Positions 27,904 to 37,698 are shown, counted from the first letter of the stretch. The stretch: 64,000 nucleotides of DNA from Candidatus Daviesbacteria bacterium (GCA_016184225.1 JACPDA010000004.1:6800-70799); one strand, 5' to 3'. The notes: generated by a model not told the origin, from the letters alone. Translations and numbers: made by a program.

Positions 27904-29313
27904 CTACTTCCCTTCCCAATGCCCCAACCCTAAAAACTCCCTCACCCGATAAGATAATTCATGTTTTCTAAAAAATAAACTAGGATTAAGCCCAAAGAGC
28001 CCCACCATAATTACCAAAAACCCTAGTCCGATAAAAATAGGGGTGGTGCCGAAAATATCAGCCAAAATACCTACCAGAAAAATCGGGATTAAAGAGAGCG
28101 CAGACATGGCCACCCCTAAGACAGAAAAAACTTTCCCCCGGTTGCTTTCCGGGGTATTTTGCTGCAGTACTGTTTGTGAAGGAATCAGGATGGAAACTAT
28201 AGCCATTCCTATTAAAAACGACCCCACTACCAAAACTTTAGAAAGCGGCAACTGGTAAAAAAAGGGCACGGGCCGCGGATGCTTAAAATAATTAACAGCA
28301 GGAGACACAAGCGGGGCAATCCCTACCAAAAAAAGCAATAACCCCACAAAAAGAATAGCTCTGGAAACTAATTTCCTCTTGACTAAACTGCTCCCAAATT
28401 TGCCCAGGATCATTCCTCCAGTGATAATCCCCAACCCCAAGGGGATAATCAACACATAAGTTGCATCCGTTGCTTTAATTTGCAATGACCTTTCCAAGAA
28501 ACCAGGGGCTAAAACTGCCATAATGCCTATGCCCATCTGGACTCCTGCCAGGATCAGGATAGAAGATAGCACCGGCAATTTTCCCTTAATAATCCTCATT
28601 GTTTCTGAAATTTCAAACATGCCGATCTCTTTGATCTCGGAATATTTTCTTTTGGCCAGAGCCCAGATAAGCCTTTTACCTTGTGCATCCGGCGTAGATT
28701 GAATGGAAGGAAACAAAAGTGACAATATAAATGCCCCGGCCAAAATTACTCCACCCAATCCAAATACCACATTAATGCCTAAATGGGTAATCAAAGGCCC
28801 GGCCAAACCAAACCCCACCAAAAAGGCCGAGTACAATGTAGCCGAGAAGAGCGAGTTGGCAGTCAACAGTTGATTCTTTTTCACCACCAAAGGGATGGCA
28901 GAGGCTTCAGCCGGGGAATAAAATTGACCTAAAGCATTAATTAAAAAAGTTATCGCTAAAATTGCCGGAAAGCTTCCCTTAAAAAAAATCAGGCTGAAAA
29001 AGAGGATACTTAAGAAAAAATCAATCACCATAATGATCTTTTTCCGGTCAGTAATGTCAACCAGTACACCAGAAAATAACCCTAAAATTACTGCCGGCAG
29101 GTAAATTGAAAAAAGCAGGGCCGACACAGCAGTGTTGGAATCAGTCAGTTTAAAAACCCAAATAATCAGGGCAAAGTTTAGGGCATTAAAAGATAATTGA
29201 ACTAAAATTTGGTTAACCCACAGGTTTAGAAAACCCTTGTTTTTTAACACCCCGGAAAAGGAGACTTTTTCAGCCATAGGGTAGATTATACGGCTTTCTG
29301 GCAATGAGGGCAA
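27904..29313 (-). CDS. MFS transporter
   Basis: Twelve or more predicted TM helices and MFS-like loops. Confidence 0.7.
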   Translation of the reverse strand: MPSLPESRIIYPMAEKVSFSGVLKNKGFLNLWVNQILVQLSFNALNFALIIWVFKLTDSNTAVSALLFSIYLPAVILGLFSGVLVDITDRKKIIMVIDFFLSILFFSLIFFKGSFPAILAITFLINALGQFYSPAEASAIPLVVKKNQLLTANSLFSATLYSAFLVGFGLAGPLITHLGINVVFGLGGVILAGAFILSLLFPSIQSTPDAQGKRLIWALAKRKYSEIKEIGMFEISETMRIIKGKLPVLSSILILAGVQMGIGIMAVLAPGFLERSLQIKATDATYVLIIPLGLGIITGGMILGKFGSSLVKRKLVSRAILFVGLLLFLVGIAPLVSPAVNYFKHPRPVPFFYQLPLSKVLVVGSFLIGMAIVSILIPSQTVLQQNTPESNRGKVFSVLGVAMSALSLIPIFLVGILADIFGTTPIFIGLGFLVIMVGLFGLNPSLFFRKHELSYRVREFLGLGHWEGK

Positions 29314-30293
29314 AGGTAGGTGCCGCGGCCGCCGAGTGAGATTTTTTTAATCTCTGTCCCGCAAACTTTACAAGGGTGTTTATCGCGCCAGTAGACAAAG
29401 GCATAATCTAAAAAATAACCTTTGTGTCCTTCCGCATCTACAAAATGTGCCCTGGTTGAACCTCCGTGCTTTATTCCTTCCCTTAAAGCCCTGACTACCC
29501 CACGGTGTAGAGCTTGGAATTTCCTATCAGTCAATGTAACCACTTTAGTCCGAGGATCTATTCCAGCCATAAAACAGGCCTCATTAGAGTAGATATTTCC
29601 CACTCCTGATACCACGCTTTGGTCCATAATAGCCACCTTAACTGGCATTTTCTTATGTTTCAATAAATTCTGCTTAAGAACCTGCCATGTAAACCCTTTT
29701 TCTAAGGGCTCCGGTCCAAGATTCTTGATTGAACTGTCCACTGTAACCTGTTGCCTGTCCACTACCTTCACCCATCCAAACTTCCTCTGGTCATTAAAAT
29801 ATAAGTGGCTAGTCGCTAGAGTCGAGAGTCTAGACTTTTCATATTTTTTTCCTAGACTCTTACCACTTGACTCTAGACTCTGAAGTGTAAATATCACCCT
29901 GGTATGAGAGTTTGGCATCTTACCTAACATATCCTCAGTCGGATGTCCGCCAATAAATTTATTGTCACCTGTCGCCTGTTGCCTACCGCCTTCCCATATC
30001 AGTTGGCCTGACATCTTCATATGAAAAAGAAGAGTTATCAGGTTAGAGGTTACAGGTTTCAGTTTTGAAACTTTTTTAACTGTCCCCTGTCCACTGTACC
30101 CTGTACCCTCTGCGAGGTCTATACCGAGCAGCTTCGCTCTTCTCCAAACTTTGAGTACTTTTTGTCCCTGGGCCAAATTAGGGTTTCCAATAAAAGATTT
30201 AGGAGATAAAATCTGGATCTTTTGGATCTTCAGTCCAATAATTTTATTTTGTAGACCCAGTCTAATGACCTCAACTTCGGGAAGTTCTGGCAT
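29286..30293 (-). CDS. mutM: formamidopyrimidine-DNA glycosylase (Fpg/MutM) with repeat-derived in-frame insertions
   Basis: N-terminal MPELPEVE and a C-terminal zinc finger C..C...CPHCQ. The protein is about 335 aa versus about 270 canonical; the extra segments are encoded by GTTACAG repeats and the SRLSTLATS module. Confidence 0.85.
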   Translation of the reverse strand: MPELPEVEVIRLGLQNKIIGLKIQKIQILSPKSFIGNPNLAQGQKVLKVWRRAKLLGIDLAEGTGYSGQGTVKKVSKLKPVTSNLITLLFHMKMSGQLIWEGGRQQATGDNKFIGGHPTEDMLGKMPNSHTRVIFTLQSLESSGKSLGKKYEKSRLSTLATSHLYFNDQRKFGWVKVVDRQQVTVDSSIKNLGPEPLEKGFTWQVLKQNLLKHKKMPVKVAIMDQSVVSGVGNIYSNEACFMAGIDPRTKVVTLTDRKFQALHRGVVRALREGIKHGGSTRAHFVDAEGHKGYFLDYAFVYWRDKHPCKVCGTEIKKISLGGRGTYLCPHCQKAV

Positions 30294-30321
30294 AAGGATA
30301 TTGTACTACAGAAGAATCAGT

Positions 30322-30573
30322 CTACAGTTGTCGGATGAAAGCACCTAGGGCATGTAGGCCTGATGACAATTTTTTTGGTAACCAAGGCTTTGACATGGAT
30401 GATAAAAACTTGTTTCTCTCTCTAATAGTGGGCGCTACTATTATTTCTAACTCTTCCGGACTAAAATCTGGAGCATCTACACTACCTCCCTGTATAAGAG
30501 CTTCCCTTGCTTTGCTTACCTCACTCCATCTTACCGGAGAACCTAATCTGTCCACCTCAACTTGGATAGCCAT
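30322..30573 (-). CDS. hypothetical small protein (doubtful)
   Basis: ORF only. Confidence 0.2.
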   Translation of the reverse strand: MAIQVEVDRLGSPVRWSEVSKAREALIQGGSVDAPDFSPEELEIIVAPTIRERNKFLSSMSKPWLPKKLSSGLHALGAFIRQL

Positions 30574-30603
30574 ATCTTCAGTCTAACCCATCTGAAAAAT
30601 CTG

Positions 30604-30855
30604 TCAAGACCTTTTTCCCAGTTTGAATTTGATCAGTAAAAAAAGAGTAAAACCTAACAGGGAAACATAAATTGGGAAGCCGCTGTGGGCAAAATCCCAC
30701 TGCTTAATAGTAAACAATGTAATGACTGCACCTAAGCCATTAAACAAGTACACCTGATAATTTTCAGTTTCCGGAACCTTATATGACTTAACTATAGTAT
30801 GTAAAATCACCAAAGAAAATAAGAATAGCAGCCACAAATACAAATTTCTCATCAA
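30604..30855 (-). CDS. small membrane protein, hypothetical
   Basis: Two or three hydrophobic helices. Confidence 0.4.
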   Translation of the reverse strand: MMRNLYLWLLFLFSLVILHTIVKSYKVPETENYQVYLFNGLGAVITLFTIKQWDFAHSGFPIYVSLLGFTLFLLIKFKLGKRS

Positions 30856-30866
30856 TCATAAAGGGT

Positions 30867-31718
30867 TTAAATTAATTTAACTAACCTGCCGCTTCTTAAG
30901 GATTTCTTAAACACCAGAGTGAAAAAGATCAGCGAGGCAACCATATAAATTATGTTCAATAAAACCGCTGTCCAGAAGGAACCATAATCAAACTGGCCAA
31001 ACTTTAAAGTATATCTCATACCCTCAAATACATGGGAAATAGGCAAGAAAAAAGCGATCTTTTGAAATATGGGTGGCAAGACAGAGATCGGATAAAAAAC
31101 AGCGGCAAAGGGTTGGACAAAAAACGGCAAAATCCAAGTTAAGGGTCCGATTGAATGGCCATATTTTAAAATTAAGGAAATATTAAAAATGCCGAAAGAG
31201 ATGGCAAAGATAAATAAATTTATCCAAAGCAGGGCCAAACCAAACCCCAGGCTGGTAATTTGAAAATTATAAAAAATCCCGGCCATCAGCCACATAGAAG
31301 TTAAGGCAATCATGATTTTAATAAAACTAATTGTTAAAAGCCCTGTTAAAAATTCTAAAAATGTAATTGGTGAAGCCAAAAGGTTGATAATATTGCGGTC
31401 CCAAATTTCAAACATAAAATTTACCCCGATATCAGTACTGACTTTTTCAAAAATCACCCACAAAATCATCCCCCCAAGCAAAAATGATGCTAGCTGGGAA
31501 GACTGGATATTTTGCACATATTTTGACAAAAATCCCCACAGAATTAAAACCAACACCGGAGAAATAATCACATCAAAAAACCTCTCCAGCTGATGCATGG
31601 TGGTAAAAATATGCCTTAAGACTATCGCAAAGATTCTGTTAAGATTCATATTTACTCCTTGATAGGTGGATGAATACATCCCTAAGGTTTGGCTCATCCC
31701 CTTCCAGCTTAAGCACAC
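30867..31718 (-). CDS. ABC-2 type transporter permease
   Basis: Six TM helices; lies downstream of the ABC ATPase. The real start is probably an internal Met. Confidence 0.7.
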   Translation of the reverse strand: MCLSWKGMSQTLGMYSSTYQGVNMNLNRIFAIVLRHIFTTMHQLERFFDVIISPVLVLILWGFLSKYVQNIQSSQLASFLLGGMILWVIFEKVSTDIGVNFMFEIWDRNIINLLASPITFLEFLTGLLTISFIKIMIALTSMWLMAGIFYNFQITSLGFGLALLWINLFIFAISFGIFNISLILKYGHSIGPLTWILPFFVQPFAAVFYPISVLPPIFQKIAFFLPISHVFEGMRYTLKFGQFDYGSFWTAVLLNIIYMVASLIFFTLVFKKSLRSGRLVKLI

Positions 31719-32424
31719 TCTGAGTCAACTCAAGCGGGGTACCGGAAGCCACAATTTTTCCGTGGTTTAAGAAAATCACATTATTGGCAATCTCTTCTAT
31801 TTCCCACATGTTGTGGGAAGTATAAAGAATGGTAATTTTTTCCTCTTTTTGGATTTGTTTGAGCAAATTAATCCCTTTATCCACCACATCAGGATCCATG
31901 GAAACCATCGGCTCATCTAAAAGCAGTAGTCTTGGTTTATTAAGCAAGGCCTTACACAGGTTAGCCCTAGCCCGTAGCCCTGTTGATAAATCCCGGGTAG
32001 CAGTGTTGCGGAAATCAATCATTTCAAAAAGCTGGAGCAGTTCCGTGATTCTTTTTTTGGCCTCCGGCACTTCATAAAGCTTGGCATAAACCAATAAGTT
32101 CTCCCAAATAGTTAAATTCCAAGGCAAATTAAAATCAGCCGAAGCATAATTTACTTCTTTAAAAATTTCACTCCTGTCTTTGGAAATATCCTTGCCAAAA
32201 ATACGGATATTACCCTCATCCGGAACAATCAAACCTAAAATGCAATAAATAGTGGTAGATTTGCCTGCCCCATTTGGTCCTAAAAATCCCAAAATCTCCC
32301 CTTCTTTCAAAGAAAAAGAAATATTATCAATAGCAGTAAATCCGCCGGCTGGCGGACCAAAGTTTTTCCTTAAATTTTTCACTTCCAAAATCACCCTTTT
32401 ATCCATAATTTTCCCTTCTGTCAT
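31639..32424 (-). CDS. ABC transporter ATP-binding protein
   Basis: Walker A GPNGAGKST, ABC signature and Walker B LLLLDEP. It contains an in-frame PPAGG. Confidence 0.88.
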   Translation of the reverse strand: MTEGKIMDKRVILEVKNLRKNFGPPAGGFTAIDNISFSLKEGEILGFLGPNGAGKSTTIYCILGLIVPDEGNIRIFGKDISKDRSEIFKEVNYASADFNLPWNLTIWENLLVYAKLYEVPEAKKRITELLQLFEMIDFRNTATRDLSTGLRARANLCKALLNKPRLLLLDEPMVSMDPDVVDKGINLLKQIQKEEKITILYTSHNMWEIEEIANNVIFLNHGKIVASGTPLELTQSVLKLEGDEPNLRDVFIHLSRSKYES

Positions 32425-32503
32425 TGCGAGCGATTAGCGTGGCAATCTAATTAAGGATTTACCCACCCAAGATTGCTTCGTCACTACGTTCCTCGCAATG
32501 ACA
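32419..32503. repeat. MITE-like element, long hairpin variant (TGTCATTGCGAG...CTCGCAATGACA)
   Basis: 11-bp terminal inverted repeats enclosing about 60 nt; intergenic. Confidence 0.7.
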
Positions 32504-32592
32504 ATTGTATTGTATTTATTGTAGTTTAGATTGAGGCTAATTACCAGAGATCAAGCAGGTTTTGCGGAACGGGTTACAACCCTGAGCGAGCG

Positions 32593-33579
32593 TTAGCGAG
32601 TCGAACGGGCCTCAGAGACTTTTTGGGCTCTTTCTAAAAAGCTTTTTTGGGCAGCCTGTACATTTTCTTCCTTCCCGACCCAGACGGTTAAGGCCTCATC
32701 CTGCAAAGCCCGGCCATATGAGAAAGACAACTGCCAGGGACCACCAATTTTGGTGATAGCAGCCAAATTCTCAGTGGCCTGATCTGGAGTCTGGCCTCCT
32801 GACAAAAACACAATCCCGGGAACCTCTTTTGGTATTACTTCCAGGAAAGTTTGTACCGTAGCTTCGGCAATTTCTTGACTGCTGGCCTGAATAGAACTTT
32901 CCTTCCCGGAAATAACCATATTAGGCTTTAACACCATCCCTTCTAATACTATTTTGTGGGCTTTTAACCGGTTAAAAACCGCTTTCAAGGTTTTAGCAGT
33001 TACTTCCCAGCATTTTGCCAAATCATGGCTGCCGTCCATCAGCACTTCCGGCTCCACGATCGGCACTATCCCCTGCTCCTGACAAAGTTTGGCATATTCA
33101 GCCAGCCTTTCAGCGTTTTGCTGAATACAATTATCCGTCGGTATTCCCTCTCCGATGGTAATAACAGCCCGCCATTTGGCAAATTTCGCACCTAATTGCT
33201 TGTATTCAGATAACCGCTCTTTTAATCCCTCTAAACCTTCCGTGACTTTCTCACCTGCAGAATTTGGTAAATCTACCAAACCCTGATCCACTTTTATTCC
33301 CGGTAAAATCCCTTTACTTTCCAGGTATTTTGGAACAGACACCCCATTAATAGACTGCCTGATTGTTTCATCATAAAGGATGACACCTGATAAAAACTGT
33401 TCAATTCCTGGAGTAGTAAAAAGCATTTTGCGGTAAGCTAAATTAGTTTCCGGGCTGGACTGCAAACCGATTTTTTCAAATCTTCTTTGAATGGTTTTAG
33501 TAGATTCATCAGCAGCCAGGATCCCTTTTCCCGACGCCATTAGAGCTTGAGCAGTTTGTTTTAGTATAGATATATCCAT
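32593..33579 (-). CDS. fructose-bisphosphate aldolase, class I
   Basis: The GILAADESTKT motif and overall pattern fit class I FBA. Confidence 0.8.
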   Translation of the reverse strand: MDISILKQTAQALMASGKGILAADESTKTIQRRFEKIGLQSSPETNLAYRKMLFTTPGIEQFLSGVILYDETIRQSINGVSVPKYLESKGILPGIKVDQGLVDLPNSAGEKVTEGLEGLKERLSEYKQLGAKFAKWRAVITIGEGIPTDNCIQQNAERLAEYAKLCQEQGIVPIVEPEVLMDGSHDLAKCWEVTAKTLKAVFNRLKAHKIVLEGMVLKPNMVISGKESSIQASSQEIAEATVQTFLEVIPKEVPGIVFLSGGQTPDQATENLAAITKIGGPWQLSFSYGRALQDEALTVWVGKEENVQAAQKSFLERAQKVSEARSTR

Positions 33580-33589
33580 ATCCTCCTCT

Positions 33590-33673
33590 TGTCATTCCGA
33601 GGAGCGAAGCGACGTGGGAATCTTTATTTTTTAATCAAGATTGCCACAGCCACTTCGTGGCTTCGCAATGACA
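33590..33673. repeat. MITE-like element, long hairpin variant (TGTCATTCCGAGGAGCGAAGC...GCTTCGCAATGACA)
   Basis: Same terminal family; intergenic between fba and glpX. Confidence 0.7.
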
Positions 33674-33674
33674 C

Positions 33675-34730
33675 TTAACGGTGTAACCGTTTTTCTATCT
33701 TGGCACCTCTTTTAGATACTGTCAAGGTTGTCACTTCATGTCCGCCGTCTTTTTCTACTACTCCGGATAAATCAAACCATTTATTATCACCGGTTATGGC
33801 AGAAATGGAGACCGAGCAATCCTCCTTTTTACCGGAAACCAACTCATCTATTTTCCAAGCCTTTTTGTATTTTTGGGCAATTTCCGTATCAGGCGACCAA
33901 CCCCTACCTTCCCCTACCGCCCCCAAAGCTTTGGCTGCCACTGCCGCGAGTACCCCCTCTTCAAATCCTCCAATCCCCATCACCAGATGTATTCCTTTTG
34001 TCATTCTGGCACCGACTCTGTCGAGTGTCCTCGATTCCATCGGGACTTGTCCAGAATCTTTTTTAGGATCCATACAAGATAAGATAGACGGCAGAAAGTC
34101 TCCGGCGGGAATCTTAATGAGATTAACCCCGAATTTTTGGCAGGCATTAATCAAATGGCTATTCCTGTCCCGATCCATCATCACCACATTAATCTCAGCA
34201 GGTTTGACTCTAAATATATCCACCACTTCTGCTAAATTTTCCTCTACTCTCTTATCAATGGAAATCTTACCTAGTAGCTCGGGTGGGCCAAATAATTTAT
34301 CCATATAATCTATATCCGGCGGAGTTGGCATCAAGCCTTTGTGGGAACCTACTGCGATCACAGAAACAGCCCCGGGAGAATTTAACTTGGCAGCTTTACT
34401 GCCTTCCACCACATCGTTAACCATGTCCAATTTCAAGTCACTTCCGCCAGCTGGCGAACCAAAAGTTCCCTCCAAAGTTGGCAGCGCTTCCCCGTATTGA
34501 TGGATATGTTTTCTGCCCTCAGAGCCAACTACTTCCAAAACAAACGGGATATCGGTTAAAGCAGCATACATAGCATCCACCCCGGCCTGGTCAATCAATT
34601 TCTCCCGGGCCTTGGATTCTTCTTCTGTCAAAAGATCTTGCGGGCTAAAGCCTTTTTCCTGAATTAGCCTCCAAACTGATAAAGCAGTTAGCTCGGTGGC
34701 ACGAATAATATAATCTCTAACTTTAGGCAT
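33675..34730 (-). CDS. glpX: fructose-1,6-bisphosphatase class II (GlpX-like)
   Basis: Alignable by eye to GlpX (VIAVGSHKG, IPAGDF..ILSCM, MGIGGFEEGVLAAVAAKALGA). It contains an in-frame PPAGG-type palindrome and a MITE-like insertion. Confidence 0.75.
   Translation of the reverse strand: MPKVRDYIIRATELTALSVWRLIQEKGFSPQDLLTEEESKAREKLIDQAGVDAMYAALTDIPFVLEVVGSEGRKHIHQYGEALPTLEGTFGSPAGGSDLKLDMVNDVVEGSKAAKLNSPGAVSVIAVGSHKGLMPTPPDIDYMDKLFGPPELLGKISIDKRVEENLAEVVDIFRVKPAEINVVMMDRDRNSHLINACQKFGVNLIKIPAGDFLPSILSCMDPKKDSGQVPMESRTLDRVGARMTKGIHLVMGIGGFEEGVLAAVAAKALGAVGEGRGWSPDTEIAQKYKKAWKIDELVSGKKEDCSVSISAITGDNKWFDLSGVVEKDGGHEVTTLTVSKRGAKIEKRLHR
33999..34058. repeat. MITE-like element, in frame in glpX
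   Basis: TGTCATTCTGGCACCGACTCTGTCGAGTGTCC...GGACTTGTCCAGAATC encodes ...DPKKDSGQVPMESRTLDRVGARMT... Confidence 0.7.
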
Positions 34731-35892
34731 CTTTTTTAAGATTCTTCTCTATTAATTCCAAAATTTCTTTTTTAAATCGCTCCTTAGAAAACCTTTCGGC
34801 ATTTTTCCTTAAATTTTCAGCTTTGAAATTATCTTCCCTGAACTCCCGCAGTACACCGATCAAACTCTCTACTGTCACCATTCCCGGGCCACCGTATAGT
34901 AATCCTGTTGCCTGGTCCACCACTGTTTCCAAAAACCCGCCGCTTCTCGGAGCTATCACCGGAGTTCCGGCTGCTTGGGCCTCAACTCCGGTAATGCCAA
35001 AATCCTCATCTTCGGAGGCCAAAATCAGAGCTTTAGCGTTTTGCAAGAGTTTGATTCTTTCTTCGTCAGAAACCCAACCAAGAAAGGCATCAGGTTTCAG
35101 GTTACAGGTTACAGCAAGATTCTTTAAATTGTCCAGTTCAGGGCCGGTTCCGGCTACTTTTAGCGGCAACCCTAATTTTCCGCAAGCCTCCACCACTATA
35201 TCCACTCCCTTTCCCCTTACTAATCGACTTAAAACCAGGAAATAGCTATCAGCTTTCAGCTTTCGGCTTTCAGACTGTCTAACGACTGCGGGCCCCCGAA
35301 GGGGAGGACGACTGAAAGCTTTAATATCTACCGGCGGGTATATCACCACACTATCCCTTCTATAAAACTTCTTGATTCTCTCTTGGATATTTTTGGAATT
35401 AGCCACCAATATATCCGGCCGCTGGGAAACTTCAAAATCATAAATCCGTAAGAAATGATTTGCTAATTCTCCTAAAATCCGGGTGACAGGATTCTTCTTA
35501 TAATTAAATGAGGTGGTGTAGCCATATAAAAAACGCGGGGGGGTGTGAATATAGCTTAAATGCAAAGCTTCAGGTTTAGTGATTGCCGCCTTAGCTGAAT
35601 AAGTAGCAGCGGAGGTAATTACCAAATCATAGGCCGAGAAATCAAAGCTTTCAAACATCATCGGGGCAAATAATCTAAAAGGAGACAATAACTTATTGGC
35701 AAAAGGAAATTTCTGAAACCAAGAAGTCCGAATATCCCAACTTTTAAACCTTTTGCCGTTTTCTCCCATTGAACTAAGGTTTACATAAGCAGTATACAAA
35801 GGAGCCTCCGGAAAAATTTCATGCAAAGCTTCCAGCACCCGCTCAGCACCACCATATTCCCTTAAATAATCATGCGCCAAGGCTACTTTCAT
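34723..35892 (-). CDS. glycosyltransferase family 4
   Basis: EX7E-type motif (EDFGITGVEAQAAGTPVIA). It contains in-frame GTTACAG and tcagct repeat blocks. Confidence 0.8.
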   Translation of the reverse strand: MKVALAHDYLREYGGAERVLEALHEIFPEAPLYTAYVNLSSMGENGKRFKSWDIRTSWFQKFPFANKLLSPFRLFAPMMFESFDFSAYDLVITSAATYSAKAAITKPEALHLSYIHTPPRFLYGYTTSFNYKKNPVTRILGELANHFLRIYDFEVSQRPDILVANSKNIQERIKKFYRRDSVVIYPPVDIKAFSRPPLRGPAVVRQSESRKLKADSYFLVLSRLVRGKGVDIVVEACGKLGLPLKVAGTGPELDNLKNLAVTCNLKPDAFLGWVSDEERIKLLQNAKALILASEDEDFGITGVEAQAAGTPVIAPRSGGFLETVVDQATGLLYGGPGMVTVESLIGVLREFREDNFKAENLRKNAERFSKERFKKEILELIEKNLKKDA

Positions 35893-35914
35893 CTTTAAGT
35901 ATTATACCTTCTAA

Positions 35915-36062
35915 AAGGCAACGAAGTCTAAGCCAGTCAAAAAATGTTGAGGATTTTGTGCGAATTGTCTCAATGATAAAAGACCAAAATCCTCCACAAA
36001 ATTCTCACAAGTGAGCAAGTTCCAACCGTGCGAGCGATTTTTTGCGGCCAGACGAGCTGCTT
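35915..36062. repeat. intergenic repeat module of about 150 bp, copy 2 (see 9285-9450)
   Basis: Same conserved blocks and the same 12-bp stem, with one compensatory-looking difference. Confidence 0.6.
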
Positions 36063-36883
36063 TATACACTCTTTGCTGCCTCTATCAACTCCTCAAAGCT
36101 TAATTTAGTGGGTTTGGAATCCGGAGCAGAGGAAGAGCCGCAAATTACCATATGATGGCTTTGGTGCAGAAACCAGGTAGCCCCCGGATCTAAGGCTTTA
36201 ACTTTTTCATAAATTGGCTTTAAATCAATCTCAAAAGAAGGGGTAAAAAATTGGACCGAGTGGTATTTGGGATTATACATCAAAAAAAGATTTCCCCCCT
36301 GCTGCCGGCAAAACTCCCGGTCTACTGTTTCAGAAATAACGGCAAAGCTCTTCCCAAATTTAGTTTGAAATTCTATTCTTTTTTCCCAATCCTTTATACT
36401 TTGCTCTCTTCTTTTTAAGACCTTCAAGATCCTCTCCAGTATTTCCATTCCCAGCTCAACTGACTTGCCGGAAGTTTGTGAAGAATTATCCCGGCTCCTG
36501 ATAAAAGCCTGGACAGAAAACTCATCAAACTGGCTATCCGGGGCTTTGCCGGTATCTACTAATAGGTTCCACTGAGTCAGCTTGTCTAAAGCTTTCCGGG
36601 TAATTTCATCTGCCGGAATATAGTTTTTTTCTTTTAAATACTCATAAACTAAAGTGCCGGCACAAGTATCCAAGCCTTCTTTATGTTCATCAAACCTACC
36701 TCCGCCTGTGCCTACAAAAACTTTATCCTTCGACTCGCTTTGTTCGCTCAGGACTCCCGCTTCGCGGGAGGCTGAAATAAACTCCAACTTGGCATCTTTA
36801 AAATCCGGATGGAACTTTTTAAACAGCCAAATACAGGCAATATCATCTAAGTGCGGGTTGATGTGAGTGACTAAAATTTTCAT
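36062..36883 (-). CDS. UPF0160/MYG1-like metal-dependent hydrolase (tentative)
   Basis: N-terminal THINPHLDDIACIWLF and GTGGGRFDEHKEG resemble the MYG1 family His/Asp motifs. Confidence 0.45.
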   Translation of the reverse strand: MKILVTHINPHLDDIACIWLFKKFHPDFKDAKLEFISASREAGVLSEQSESKDKVFVGTGGGRFDEHKEGLDTCAGTLVYEYLKEKNYIPADEITRKALDKLTQWNLLVDTGKAPDSQFDEFSVQAFIRSRDNSSQTSGKSVELGMEILERILKVLKRREQSIKDWEKRIEFQTKFGKSFAVISETVDREFCRQQGGNLFLMYNPKYHSVQFFTPSFEIDLKPIYEKVKALDPGATWFLHQSHHMVICGSSSAPDSKPTKLSFEELIEAAKSV

Positions 36884-36903
36884 GTTATGATGGAAAGTAT
36901 ACC

Positions 36904-37698
36904 ATGGCTATAGCCAAAAAACTTATTCTTGCCCCTTTATTTCTAATTGTTTTTGCTTTGCTTGTCTCTCAACTGAGCCCTTTTTTAAAATCCTATGATT
37001 TTATTTTTTCACTGTCGATCAACACCTTGATAACACTATTAGTTTTGTCTTTTTATGTCTTGATCTCATGCTTTCTGTTTGTACTATTTGCCACACTGGC
37101 TCAGAACTTCAAAATAATCTTGCCAATAGCTTTTTTATCTGCTTTAATACCTCTGCTTTTTCTGGAATCAGCCTTAGCCTTAGTACTAGCTGTCGCCATA
37201 TTTGTCAGTTTTTTGCTCACTTTTTTATCCCTGGCCAATTCTTTAAAAAGTTATTTGACTTTTAAACCAGAAGCTCTACTCGGTCCTGCTATCAGGAGTC
37301 TGGCTGGCTTCTTGATTGCAGCAGTCTGTCTGGTCTACTTTTTATCTGCCAATAAAATTGTGGCTGAAAAAGGCTTTCAAATTCCCGATTCTTTAATTGA
37401 TACTGCACTGCAGTTGAGCACATCTTCGCTACCTAGCGTCCAACCAGAACAAGCCAGTTTATCCCAAGATCTTATCAAGCAAACTGTCAAAGACCAAATA
37501 CAAACTTTTATTAAGCCCTATATCAACTTCATCCCCGCCGGCCTGGCTCTACTGCTATTTCTAACTCTCCAGTCTCTAACTTCCATCCTCAATCTTCTAA
37601 TCTATCCCCTGCTTTGGATCACTTTCGCTATTTTGGAAAGAACAGGATTTGTGAAGTTTGAGGTCGAACAAAGACCGGTCAAAAAACTTGTTGTTTAG
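36904..37698 (+). CDS. polytopic membrane protein, hypothetical
   Basis: Six or more TM helices. Its last 75 bp are duplicated at 38253-38328. Confidence 0.55.
   Translation: MAIAKKLILAPLFLIVFALLVSQLSPFLKSYDFIFSLSINTLITLLVLSFYVLISCFLFVLFATLAQNFKIILPIAFLSALIPLLFLESALALVLAVAIFVSFLLTFLSLANSLKSYLTFKPEALLGPAIRSLAGFLIAAVCLVYFLSANKIVAEKGFQIPDSLIDTALQLSTSSLPSVQPEQASLSQDLIKQTVKDQIQTFIKPYINFIPAGLALLLFLTLQSLTSILNLLIYPLLWITFAILERTGFVKFEVEQRPVKKLVV

Noticed and set aside
33700-34308. Plus-strand ORFs of 69 to 202 aa antisense to glpX
   Set aside because: They are antisense shadows of a conserved gene with Pro/Ser-rich low-complexity translations.
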